Below, piece by piece: positions 13,301 to 25,850 of a DNA stretch of 64,000 bases (the stretch's first letter is position 1; each line of letters begins with the position of its first letter). This DNA comes from Vicugna vicugna (taxonomy: Eukaryota), in the NCBI GenBank assembly GCA_013265495.1, contig MU058836.1, positions 744,001 to 808,000 on the forward strand, given 5' to 3'. Under the pieces are notes generated by a model. The model saw only the letters and a list, made by a program, of their open reading frames with translations, was not told where the DNA came from and did not search any database. A program made the translations under genes and the position numbers.

Positions 13301-13460
13301 TTTTATCTTAAAAGTATTTTGTCTAATATTATATGGCCACTTCAGCTCTCTGTTTGTAACTGTTTGCATGGTATGTATCTTTTTGCATCCTTTTACTTTT
13401 GGCATATTTGTGTCTTTGAATCTAAAGTGTGTGTCTTGTAGAATCGTATAGTTGGATCAT
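10345..13460 (-). mobile_element. Old LINE-1 ORF2 fragment, antisense, in the last RAD23B intron
   Basis: Minus-strand ORF 12853-13155 (EIEDLNNTISQLDLTDIYR...MFSDHSGINLEI) resembles the L1 endonuclease domain; ORF 10719-10967 resembles the post-RT region; many stops and frameshifts. Confidence 0.92.
12387..12693 (+). mobile_element. Internally deleted Tigger1 element nested in the L1
   Basis: Tigger1-like 5' end (cagcatatctc...ttttattgcacttt...acaaattgaaagtttgtggcaaccctg) joined to the 3' end (gcagtggtctg...tctctgaggtgtgcct), followed by TA. Confidence 0.85.
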
Positions 13461-14338
13461 GCCCTATCTACCTTTTACTTCAGCTAGCCCAGCTTTAATC
13501 TGGACAAGACCTAGGTAACAAAATCATTTTTGAGTTTCTTCTCCTTTCATGGATGACTGTAATCGTGCTGAATTGGGAACTTTGCCCAGGTTTTAAAGGC
13601 ATTTCTTGATACAGTCTAAGGTGGCTAAGACAGTTGAGGAGGGGGTTCATAAATAGCATTTGGCTGACAATGTCTGGTACCGAGAGAAGTTAGATAACTG
13701 ATCCGAGTGTTTAAAAGTTTTTAAAAGCAGCAATTATTGTCACAAGTGATTTTTAATAGACTAGGAAAACAAACTTAAGTGGCTGGTATCACCATTTATA
13801 ATGCTGTAAAGATTAAGCAGATAACAATAGAACATCGTATGTTTTGATCTCAAAAATATGTTAATATTACTAATAATGGATCACCCATTTTTCTAGTAGT
13901 GTTTCAAAAGGCAAGGAGATTTGAGAGCGATATTTTACCCTGATGAAAGACACGGCTTTCTTTACAAATAATTAGATGAAGTGTTGAAATTCACCTCCAG
14001 TTACGCTCATCTTTATCTTTACCGCTTGTGTGCTAAAGCCATTTGATTTACAGACTTCTGTAGGGTCATTTATTTTTAAACCACCCCAGCGGCTAATTTT
14101 TAATGTTAATGCCAATGAATTAAAGAACCATTTAGCCCTATAGCTTTAACTAGGAATAAAGAGTTTTGTAAGTGGTTAAAGGAAAGGGTCTAGGTTCTAG
14201 TCTAGTCCCTTGGATTGGACAATGAATTCATGTAAAATTCTCAAGAGCTTTTTTTGTGTCCTTTCCAGTATACTTTCAAGTGATGATCTGTAGTAGTGCT
14301 ATGCTAGACTCCATAATGTTTTCTGTGTTTTCTTCCAG

Positions 14339-14452
14339 TTAAAGGCATTAGGATTTCCTGAAGGACTTGTGATACAAGCATATTTTGCTTGTGAGAAGAA
14401 TGAGAACTTGGCTGCCAATTTTCTTCTACAGCAAAACTTTGATGAAGATTGA
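14339..14452 (+). CDS. RAD23B: RAD23B last coding exon (exon 10 equivalent), UBA2 domain and stop
   Basis: TTTTCTTCCAG acceptor; encodes [37 protein letters not shown], with TGA at 14450-14452. Confidence 0.97.
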   Translation, partial: LKALGFPEGLVIQAYFACEKNENLAANFLLQQNFDED

Positions 14453-16820
14453 AAGGGACTTTTTTTTATCTCACACTTCACACCAGTGCATTACACTAAC
14501 TTTGTTCACTGGATTGTCTGGGATGACTTGGGCTCATATCCACAATACTTGGTATAAGGTAGTAGGTTGTTGGGGGTGGGGAGGGAGGGCTCTAGGATAT
14601 AGGGCAGGGATAAATACAGTGCATGTCTGCTTCAGTTAGCAGATGCCGCAAATCCACAGTGTGTAAAATATTATACAACCAAAAATCAGCTTTTGCAGGT
14701 CTTTATTTCTTCTATAAAACAGTAGGTAACTTTTCCTAGGTTTCACTCTTTTTAGTGTACTAGATCCAGAAATTTAGTGTAATGCCCTGCTTTATATTTC
14801 TTTGACTTAACGTTGGTTTCAGAAAGAATCTTTGCTACCTAGAACCTACATTCTCTATTTCATGGCAACACTGGATAATGGCTTTGTGAAATTGGGGGGA
14901 AAGAAATTGGAGCAACTCTAAACAGAAATGCCAAATTATTGATGGTTATTATTGCTGCTTCAAATAAGTATGAAATTAATATGTAAGAAAGCCCATTCTT
15001 TCATGTTAAATACCTGGGGTTAAGGGGGAAAGGAGGGAAACTTTTTCTTAAAATGAAAATAATTACTGCTATTTTAAAATTTCTTGATCATTGAATGTGA
15101 GCCCCTTCTAACATGATTTGAGAAGCTGTACAAGTATAGGCAGAGTTATTTTCCTGTTTACATTTTTTTTTGGTTTGTTTAGGGGGGGAAATTGGTAGGT
15201 GTCTAATTACTGTTTACTTCATTGTTATATTGCAGTAAAAAGTTTTAAAACCACGGTTGCATGTTTGCTTTTGATGTATCCCTTTGTGGAATTAGCACTT
15301 TGGGGCCAATGGAGAAATGCAGCATTCACTCTCCCTCTCTTCCCCTTCCCTCAGCAGAAATGTGTTTGTCAGCAAGTCGTGAATTCCAACTGCTGCCTTT
15401 TTAAAAACCCACAAAATGCTGATTCCGTTCAGACTTAATGCAAATGTCTCAAAACTGGGTTTCTGATATTTGTAAATGTTTTTCCTTATTAGATAAGAAT
15501 GTATGACCATTAAACTCATTAGGATTATTTGCTATCAAAAAGAGAAGGTGGACAGAACTTACAATCCAGCATCTTTTATTGCATTGGAAAGACTGGCGAA
15601 ATCTTTTGGAAGGGTTGGGAGATGCGGCTGGAAAAGTACTTTGGAAAATATACAATCAAGATATCTCATGGCTTATTAAAAGAAAAATCTTAATAGCAGT
15701 GTTGGCTTTTATTTGGATTTTTTTCATCTCAGTTTTTTCCTTGGAATCTCCTTCGTTGGCATTGTTACTTGATCATAAAGGGGGGGTCAGATGTCTACTT
15801 CAGTTTTTCAGATCTATTTTCTTGAATATAAAAAGACTATTTAAAGAAATATTTTTTCTTTTATCAGATACTGAGTTAAGAAGATGAATTTGCACAGATT
15901 TTTTCCTGCATAATCTCTTAATAATCCTTAACAAAGTTTGATGACTTTTAAGCTTCTACGTCATGCACTCATAACTTGTCTCTTAAGAAAATAAATGAAA
16001 CCATAATTTCTCCCCATGGTGTTATCATGTAGTTTCATCTTCATGTGTTTATCCGTAAAACAACAAGGCCTTTGGACTTTGTATACCTGTATGTTTTATA
16101 ACGGATCGTGAAAAATGTCTGAGGAGAATAAAATGAGGAATCCTAAATATGCTCATCTTTCAAGGCAGAAGAATGAGTTGGGAAGAAGGGTGGCAGTTCT
16201 GGTCGGGTAATGAGATACTGTCATGTATGTTATGGTATTTATCTGCTACCTAATTGCTCTGAGCATAGCGAAAACTGGAAAGGGCAGTGGGGAGGGGCCA
16301 CCGGCAGCAACCTCCTCTTTTCTCTGGAAACTGACAGCAGAGAGTAATAGCATGGAACTTTTGTCCTTGGACAACAAAACTGCAAATGTTGGGATTACTA
16401 ATTGCCAGAAGACAATTCAGGCCAAGTTTTGACCGTGCTGTGCAGTACTTTTATCTGCTTAAAGAATCAGCCAAGATGCTGTGAAAGAAGTAGGCTTTTT
16501 GTGACCTTTTGCTGTTATTTTTTAATTTACAAGCAGTTTTGGTAAATCTCTTAATCTAAGGAGATGCATGAGTTTGGAATTTTGCATTTGAGGTATTCTG
16601 TCTCCTGTTTCTTAAATGTATATTTGTTGTTTAGTTGCTCTGTGGAAACTGTGAGGAAGCGTAAGTTTGTATTTGTTAAATTCGTATTGCCATCCTCTAG
16701 TCAAATATGTCTTTACATTGTTTAAAAATACTGAAGTGTTCTACCATATAATTTTTTCCTGTACTGGATGGCTAGGATTCTGGAGAATTGATTATAAAAT
16801 ATTTTCAATATATCCAACAT
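14453..16820 (+). other. RAD23B: RAD23B 3' UTR (distal end uncertain)
   Basis: AT/U-rich sequence after the stop with no repeat I can recognise; candidate poly(A) signals ATTAAA 15509-15514 and 15675-15680, AATAAA 15990-15995 and 16127-16132. The end coordinate is an estimate. Confidence 0.7.
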
Positions 16821-17268
16821 TGCATTTCTCATTTTTTAAAAATGATTTTACCATGTAAAATCTTACATTGAAGTTGACAATGCCTTTATCATTGACCCTT
16901 CTGTTTTCTTCAGCCGTTGGTGAATGTGGCAAGTAGGAGGCTGGGCACTAGGTCGATTTTAGTGGATCTCCTGATTGTTTTCTCAACCAAAGCATTAACA
17001 CAGAGATGGGATACTTGATAGAATATAAATCCAGTAAATCAAAGTTCATGAGAGATTTCAGTGAATTCCCATTTTTCCCATACTTCTTTTCTTTCAGCAA
17101 CCAGCCTAAGATAGCTACAAAATATTCAACCAGAAGTAAGCAATTTCAGGGAGTGTTTCCTGACCAAGTCTTTATTTTGGTGAGTTCCCTAGTAGCTGTG
17201 CGGCTCAGGCACAGCGTGTCCTTCCAGTTGACTTCCCGTCATCCATTTTGTTCCGCTTAGTTCTGAGC

Positions 17269-17575
17269 CAGGGGCTGGCAAACCACGGCCCCATGAGCCA
17301 AAGCTGGCTCGCTGCCTGTTGTATGAGCTGTGAGCTAAGAATGGTCTTTACATTTTTTTAATGTAATTTAATTTTAATGGGGTTTTTTTTTAAGGATTTT
17401 GTGACATGTGAAAAATAAGATTCACATTTCAGTGTCCATAAACAGTTTTGTTGAAATACAGCCATGCTCATTTATTTACATATTTTTGTCTATAGCAGCT
17501 GCTTTTGTGCTAAAGAGATTTGCTGTTGAATACTATTACTGCCTGACCCTTTGTGTAAAAAGTTTGCCATCTCTG
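17269..17575. mobile_element. hAT-Charlie MITE (MER58-like)
   Basis: Termini caggggctggcaaac ... gtttgccatctctg; internal gagctaagaatggt and cagccatgctcatttatttaca. Confidence 0.8.
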
Positions 17576-19389
17576 TTTTAAATTGCAACTAGGCCCATCA
17601 TGTGTTAAATTACATGGTGCTTTCTCCCCTGTCCCCCCCCCCTTTTTTTTTTTTTTTTTTAGCATTCTTGGCCTCTTGACTTGAGGTCTTAGCTTCAGGT
17701 TGCTTTGCTTGTGACCATCACGAGTTCTTCCCAGAGAGGTGGTATCACCCCAACATCTCCGCTGTCGAAGGAGCATCATGTGCCTGATGTGCTAGTCTAG
17801 CATGTATGCAGTGTCTTAAGGTACCACTTTGAAATTATTCTTTGCTGTTGCTGCACTGTTTATTGCTCTTCCAGTAAGATAATTGAATTCAGCACTAAGC
17901 ACACTTGTCAAAAGCACGTGGCATAGTGATGAATCAACCAGAACAGAAAGGCCACTTGAATGTATCTGGGAATCCTTGGGCCCTGGGATCAGTAAACTCT
18001 CATCAGAGGAAGCATCTGGACCACAGCTGGAAGAAGATAGATGAAATCCTGGAGAGAGGGATATCGCAGTTGGACCTGTTGAGTGACAGACTAGTTTCCA
18101 GAACTGTGTGGGTAGTTTACGTAGATTGGGGGGCGAGGGGCAGTGACAAGGAGGAAGAGGGGCGAAGGCTTGAACTTGCTAGGAAGAGATACAGTGCTGT
18201 GCACTAATGTTTGGGAAACCACAGGGACACTGATAGTGACAAAGTGTAAGAGGTCTTCCCTGTCATGATACAGTTAACGTGGAAAGCAGTGGTCCCAGGT
18301 AGGAGAGGAGGCTGCAAGGACCAAAGAAACATTAGTGATGTTCTTCCTGTGTGGTGCTGTGGATTCCAAAGTGAGTAGAGACTGATCTCTGCCATTGTAT
18401 TAGAAACACTATGACAGGCCCTTTGACAGGTCTTCAGCAGGTGCTTGTCGTCCGGGAGCACACGTTAGGAAGTAATCAACCGGCCTTCTGCCTCGTGTCT
18501 GTCGAACTTGATTTTCTGTTCTTGTTGATCTAGGCCCTCCTCCTCCCTTCTCACTTGGCTCAGAATGATTCATAGATAGTCATCCTCCCCAGACCATGAG
18601 GCGGTCTTCGATGTGCTTGGGGAAGCCGGCCTCCAACCCTAGCCCCAAATAGCTGCACACTTTTTCTCCAGTGTTTTGTTTAACTATTACACTTCATGTG
18701 ATAAAAAATGCTGGGCAGTTGTATGTTACACATTAACCAGCTCTCCAGATGGGCGTCCTGCCAGTGGCCTTCTGCACTTCGGCAGGCTGGGGCTGGTTTC
18801 TGCTTATTGAACTGCCACCTTAAGGCTTAGGATGTTAGATGTGGATCCTGGGTTGGTTTTTGACAGCTTCTATCTCTCTAACAAAGTCCAAAATTGTCTC
18901 AGAATGGGTCTGAAAAGTGTTTGTAAATCACTGAAGCCAGCTGGGTTTTATTTGCTAGCAACAGCAGGTAAGACAAGCAAATACTTGATAAGTTACCTCA
19001 AATTGGTTGGTTAAAAGTTGGATGAGAATGAATGGGGTCAGTGGTGCTTTGCCTTAGAACAGCTTGAGGTGAGAGTTCTTATTTTTGAATGATTTTATGA
19101 ACCCTGGAGTGATTCTTGCTACTTTTTAGCATTTTAGTGTATTTAATATGTGTTTTGTGGGGGCATTCTGTGATGTTTTTGGTTTTCAAATTTCTTTTTG
19201 GTCAGTGAGGCCTACTTCTGCTTGTTTGACATAATTTTAGCTAATTTTTATATTCTCTCCCGTTCTAAGGAAATTATAAAGAAAAGGGAAACATTTTCAC
19301 TAATTTATTACTTAAATTATTATTTTAAATTGTATTTTTATATCTTTAACTTTGGTATTATAATTTTTACACCATGTTTGCATTTTTTC

Positions 19390-20630
19390 AAAGAGACTTA
19401 ACAATTTTTTCATTATTACACAATTTCAAATTTACAGAAAAATTGCAGGAACAGCACAAAGAGCTCTCAGGTCCCCCCCCCATGCCCCCACTTTGCCAAA
19501 CCCATTGAAGTTTTGTAGTTGTCCCAGTAATGTTCTCCATAGCAAGAGGCTTCAACCCAGAGTGATACACTCCTTCAATCCATATTCTTTCTCAGTCTTT
19601 GCTTGATCTTTATGACCTTAACCTTTTTCTTAAGATTAAAGGACACTTGTCTTATAGAATGTCCCTCAGTTTATGTTTGGTGTTTCCTCATGACCAGACT
19701 CAAGTTACACATTTTTGGAGGAAACACCAAAGAAGTGCAGCTGTGCTCTTTTCACTGTATCCTATGAGGTGGCGACCTGTCCCATCACCAGAAATGGTCA
19801 CTTTGATCATTCAGGGAAGGTGGTGTCTGCCAGGCTCCTTCACTGAATAATTCACTGCTTTTCTCTTTGTATTTAATAAGTACTTTATGGGGAGATATTT
19901 TGAGACTGTAAATATCCTATTTCTCATCAAAATTTTGCCCATTAGTTTTAGTATCCATAGATGTGTTTCCTGCCTGGATCAATCCTCATGATGGCTGTCA
20001 AGTGGTGATTTTCACGTGACATAATTTCTTCTGCCTTTATTGGCATTCACCTGTATTCTGCCATTCTCTTTGCCCCATTTGTGATATGCATGTGATGGAC
20101 TCAGATTTCTGTTTTATTCAGTAGTATGTACTCCATTACTGTCGTTATTTTGATGCTCAGGTTGTCCCATTATTTTCATTCTTAAAGCTAGCTTCTGTGT
20201 TTGGCGTGTCCTTATCACTCTTTTGAGTACTTCCTTCCTTTCTGGCACAATGACGCACTTCAGGCTCTCGTACTTTCTGTGCCGCGGCTCTGGCGTTTGC
20301 CATTTCTCCAAGGAGCTCTGGTTCCCTTTTGTGAAGATTGTGTTTAGAAACCAAAACTTTGGGCTGCCTATGCTCATTGCTGCTGGAGTCTCACTGCTCC
20401 CAAGCATTTCAACAGACACCGGCAATAAGTGCACAGACACAAACAATGCATCTGTATTCTGATATCTACATGTAGATATTGAACACTTGAGTTCACACTG
20501 GTACCTTTCATTCTAGTTCATTCTAGCTTCTCCCATTCATTATTTCTAACTCCTTTCTTGCACAGTGACTTATCTCCCATTATGCTCAGTGTTTACTTTC
20601 TGTCACCTCCCCTGTGTGTAACCAGTCTTC
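19390..20630 (-). mobile_element. Old L1 (L1MC/MD-like) 3' region, antisense
   Basis: aatttcaaatttacagaaaaattgcag..., catttctccaaggagctctggttcc...ttagaaaccaa. Confidence 0.75.
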
Positions 20631-21499
20631 TTAGGCACCCAGCTGTCTAAGTGTGTTTCTGGTGCTAGTGCTGGGACGGAAGACTACAGAAAGAGCAGAC
20701 TAGTGGAGGGCAGGGCAGCCCACGTGCTGGACTGTTTGTGGCTTCCCCCAAGAACTGTGCTCTGTTGTGTCTGTCTTGGCACAGGCCGCTTCCCTGATTC
20801 ATACGTGCAGCAGCTAATGAGCAGCTGTCCAAGGCCAGGCACTCGGTTTGGAATTCCTTCCACCTCCTTTATCTTGCTGGTTCCTCAGTATACAAAACCA
20901 TACAAGACCTCACTGCTGGGAAGCCTTTCCATGACCCTCTTTTCCCTCCAGTTTGGGCCAGAGGCTTCTCTCTACTTCCTTAGCCACTTGTAAGTAGCTA
21001 CCATAAAAGTGAAAACCTGAACTGAGATTGTATCACCCATTATATGATGCAGTGAATGAGCATCTGACAGGCTCTAAAATCAGTGCCTGTGCCTTTCATT
21101 TCCATCCCCAGGACGAGTGAAAGGTGGAGATGCCCAGCTGATACCGGATGGATAAACAGGCAGTGAACAGATAGTTGAGACAACTTTGTCATCTTTACTG
21201 GAGCTTCAGGCTCTCCTCACCTTGTCGGCCGTCCCTTCAGTTCTAAAAGCCAACTAAGAAGTTGAGGGACAATGAACAGAACCTCACAGGCTGCCTGCTT
21301 TCCTTTGCGTGGCCCAGGGACCTTGGCACCAGATTCTGAAAGACCTGACACACAATACTGTGAGCTGGCTGCTTGTTGGGGACAGTGAGATTCTGTTGAC
21401 AAATTCCAGATGGGTCTACATCTGAGACTTAAATGGAGAGCAGACTAACAGCTGCAGTCCCAGGAACTCCATGCTGGGGCCAGGTCAGTGGGACGTGCG

Positions 21500-21660
21500 A
21501 ATCAGGACCCCGAGTTGGTCTGGCTGGGTTTCTGTCTTCACGTCCCACACCAGCTGTGTGACTTCAGCCATGTCGCCGTACCTCTGTGTCCTGGTTTCCT
21601 CATCTGTAAAGCAGAGCCTGCCTTGTAGGGGTCAAGTGAAAGAGTGGTCTGGAGAACGTC
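21500..21660 (+). mobile_element. MIR SINE
   Basis: ccagctgtgtgacttcag...ctctgtgtcctggtttcctcatctgtaaa. Confidence 0.75.
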
Positions 21661-23031
21661 TTTCCCAAGGCCAAGTTTGTTTTCTGATGTGGTTGCTGAC
21701 CCTGCCCTGAAGGCTGGGAGACATCTTCTCTGTCTTCCTCCAACAATGAGAACTGGTTACGGGAGGATCAAGAGTGTGGCTGAGCTGTTTTCCACAGAGC
21801 TGTGTGTGCCCCTTTGATCTCTGGGTGCCTTCGTCCTTCCTGCGTCACTGTTATCACATCAGCATTCCCAAGAGGCTGGAGGGCTTCCCCCTCAGCGGGG
21901 CAGCACGGCTCAAACATCGGCATTGCAGGTACAGAAAGTTTTATGTCTCTGAACTGTTTCCGAGCAATGCTGAATTTTCTCTTGCCGGTTTCTCGGCTGA
22001 GGAATTGGCAGATACATCTCATCTCCAGATCAGATTTAGCAGAGAACCCGGCAAACCTGCCTGACGGTGCCCGCTGCCCCTTTCACCCATCCCCAGGGAC
22101 TCTCAGTGTTCCCTCCTGATTTCCTCTGTCAGTCTTTCCAATGTACCAGAGGCACAGGAACTCAGATTTGGAAGGGCCTCTGGCCCTCACTACTGCCAAC
22201 TCAGACTAATTGCATTTCAGACACTCCAGGGATTGTCAGGCTCCCCTCTTCCCTCGGCCTCTCTGGCTAGACCATCCTCAGGCCCTAATTCAGTTCTGGA
22301 GGCCACCCTGAGCCAGTGTGTCAACCTTTCAGATCTTTTAAGAAGAGCGATTACCTCTCTCCCTGACCACCTCCCACCCACTAGCCAGATCTCTATGCTG
22401 AGAAGAGCCCCTCACTTGGGATGAGTTTTGTCCAGTCCTTTCCCCATCCTGACGAACACAGTCCTTGAGGAAGGGTCTGAGCAGGGTGAACTAGAGGAGC
22501 TCTCGCCTCCCTTATTCTGTGCATGGTACCTCTGTTAATGCAGCCTAAATTTGAGCGTGCTGGTTTGACAGCCTTGGATTGAGCAGCTGTGCTAATAATA
22601 CCAACGTTTCAACGTGCCCTTGCATTTGGAGTCCACACCTGATCCACGGTACAGAAGCACAAGCAGCCTGCCCCACACTTACGTGTATCTTAGCTACCCA
22701 GCAGAAGCTGGTTCCACAGAGCCCTTTGGCCCAAGGGAAGGGAGCTAACCTTTACAAGTCCGGGTGTCCTACCCTGCACTAGGTGCCTTACTTACACCAC
22801 CATCATTGCCTTTTCACAGATGGGTTAACTGAGGTCAGTCAGGCCGAAACAACACAGCTACTAAGTGGCAGAGCCAGGAGGCAGACGTGTGTCACCCTGG
22901 GTGACATTGCCTTGTTTTCATCCCTGCCTCTTCACATCCCCTGAGTTAAGTCTCTTTCCTTCCTGTGATTGCTTTTCTTAAATCCCTCCTTGCTGTCTTG
23001 ACAGCTGTTTGCTCCTCCGATGGTTTACCTG

Positions 23032-23490
23032 GCAGTTCTTAACATGTGGCTTGAGGGCTGCTTTCAGGAGCAGTCTCTGAGATCAGGACTGTTTTCCTAG
23101 TAACACTGAGCCTCTGCTTGCTGTTCTCACTCCCACTCTCATAGGTGTGTAGTGGAGTTTCCCAGAGGCTGCATGGCATGTGACACCACAGCAGAAGGAG
23201 CGAAGGAGCAGATGTGGAATCCAGCTGCCTTCTGTTAGGCCAGATAACAGGGGGATTTGCGAAAATCAAATACACCACCATTCCTCTCACTAATTTTTTA
23301 AAAAATCAGTATTTTTCATAAAGATTACATAATTTAATATACAGTAGGTTTATTTTAAGTGAATTATTTTTTAATTTCTTAATTTTCTCATCAAGTACAT
23401 ACTGATAGAGCCCGTGTGAACAAAAACTAGGGATTCTCAATGTTTAGGAGGGAGAAGAGGTCTTAAGGCCAGAAAGCTTGAGAACTGCTG
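23032..23490. mobile_element. hAT-Charlie non-autonomous DNA transposon (subfamily not assigned)
   Basis: Charlie-type termini cagttcttaac ... aagcttgagaactgctg; internal gtggagtttcccagaggct...gaatccagctgccttct. Confidence 0.7.
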
Positions 23491-25689
23491 TGTTAGATGA
23501 TGGTTTTTCCTCTTTAGACTTGTTAACCGCAAAAACACTGCTTGGGAAGGCCATGGGATGCTGGTGAAAGCTTGCAGACGTGGTTGGGATGTCGGACCCC
23601 TGCCACAGTGCCCTCCAGTCCTACTTCCAGGGTAACGGACTCTGAACTCCTCTGCTTGGCTTTCAAAGCCCATTGCAGGCTTGGTTCAGAGTATGCCTTC
23701 AGCCTGTCTCCCTCCCTCTCCACCACATACAGCACGACTTCATTACCCAGGCCTTTCCACACCTGTCCACACGTGCTGGTCACTCTGCCTGGAAATTCTC
23801 CCGTATTCCTCTCCTCATCTGAACTCCTCCTCCACTATTAAAGCCCACTTCGGTGTTAGAAGCTCTGTGACGGCTTTCCTGCCCAGGACCCAGCAGAGAA
23901 CTGCTCCCTTGTTCTACTCCCTCAGTATGTGCAGTAACTGCATATCTGATTGTAATTGTTCTTTTGCACGTTTGTTTTATGGACTTGATGTCAAAGCCAG
24001 AAATAAAACTTGCAGTATCAATCAGCAGCAGTAGGAGCTTGGCACCCGCAGCTCACAAGGGAACTGGAAGGAGTTGTGCTTTGAGTCCTGGCTACAGGTT
24101 TGGGTGGAAGGAAGTTTGGTCTGGCATTATGGAGGGAAAGTAATATGAAAAGCCCAGGTGAGTGGTGGGGAAGTGCCAGGACCTGACCAAGCAGGCTGGG
24201 GATGTGAAGGGAAAGTGCTCTCCACCCTGCCCTGATATGCCCCCTTGCCCCCCCTTGCCATGAGGGAGAGCCAGGAAGTGTCTCAGGTGGGAGCGCAGGG
24301 TGGGGAAGAGCCAGGCAGGTGAGGGGGAGCCAGCACCTCTGCATCGTGGAAGAGTTGAAGGCACCTGTGGGGAATCTGGCTCAGGGGAGGAAGGGAAGAT
24401 GCTGGTCTAGAAAAGCTAGCCCTTCCTGGCCCTCTGTTGCCCAAGCTGTGCAGGGGAAAGGAGGGGAGGAAACTAAACCTACAGGAGCATGGTCACTAAG
24501 CTTTATCTACGTTGGCTTGTTTAACCCTGCCATGCACATGAGAAACTGAAGCTCGGAGAGGGCGACGTAACTAGCACATAGCCCGGGGAGGAAGGGAACC
24601 CGGCTCCAGGCCATGCCCTGTGGTCCCCTTCATGCCGATTTTCTGTCTACACAAGTGTGGGGGTTGGGGAGACGGTGAGATTTTTCCATCTGAGAGAGTC
24701 TTGGATCTTTACCCTCCTGGGTATGCCTGCAGGGAAGAATGCAGGGAAAGCTCTTAGGGTTTGGAGTCAGATGGGGTTTTTTTTCTCCTTCACATTTGTA
24801 ATACTATACACAGAGTAGGATGTCGGTGACGACCCTCCCTTTATTTAAGAACCTCCCTTTAGAAGAATCAGCCTATTCACATAGGGACTGGGTCTTCTAG
24901 CCTCTTCCAAGGGGTCATGAAGGAGACATCCCAGGCTGACCTGGGACACAGCCTGAAGTGCCCTGCTGCCTGGCCCTGACCCAGTCCATGTGCCACTCTT
25001 CAGCTGGAGCCATGGCCCTCTCTTAACCATGTGGATTCTTCAGCCAGAGGCCCTTGCAGCCATAAATACTTACTGAGCAGCTCCTGTATGCCAGGCACAA
25101 GGAGGAGGCTGACAGGCCACCTGCCTTTCTAAAGCTGCACTTTAATGTTTTACATTTGAGGCTTCTGCATATAATTATAGAAAAAAAATAGGGTCATTGG
25201 CTAAAAAGAAACAAACAGAAAGAAAGAAGTCTGTGCTCTTACTGTTTAATTAGGGACTACTGTAGGTTTTGTGTTGGCTTGGTTGGGGTAGGAGAGTAGT
25301 GTCATTTATTTATTTTGTTTTTAGCAGAGGAGACAGATGTGATATCTATTTTCAAATAGTAAAGACAATTATATGGCTTCTCAGCCCTTGCAGCCACAGT
25401 ACAGGAAGCAGGGAGCCCACTGCCCACTAAAGTGGGGGCTGTTTTCTCTGGGTCCTGAGCCTGGGACTGGTTCTCTTTGCCCTGCTCGGTGCTCCCAAGG
25501 GAAGACAATAGTGGCAGATAATGTGGCTTCTCTCTTTGGTTCCAGGAGCCAAAGGAAATGTCAGTTGCTTCTGGGAAGGAACATGACCCCCTCTGGGGTT
25601 GGACACATGAAGCCAGTGCCATCAAAATACCATCCCAACCCCTTCTGCTCTCTGGGAAAGAGACAACTCTGAGGACAGCCATGTGGGGT

Positions 25690-25850
25690 GGAAAGAGCCC
25701 AGTCTTTGAAATAAAGCAGACATGGGTTTGAATCCTGATTCAGCCACTTACTAGCTCTGCAGTCTTGGACAACTCACTCAGATATTCCTCATCTGTGATG
25801 ATACTGTTATTTACCCCTACCTCGTTTACCAGTGATTAAGATGCATTACC
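25690..25850 (+). mobile_element. MIR SINE
   Basis: cagacatgggtttgaatcctgattcagccacttactagctctg...cctcatctgt. Confidence 0.8.
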
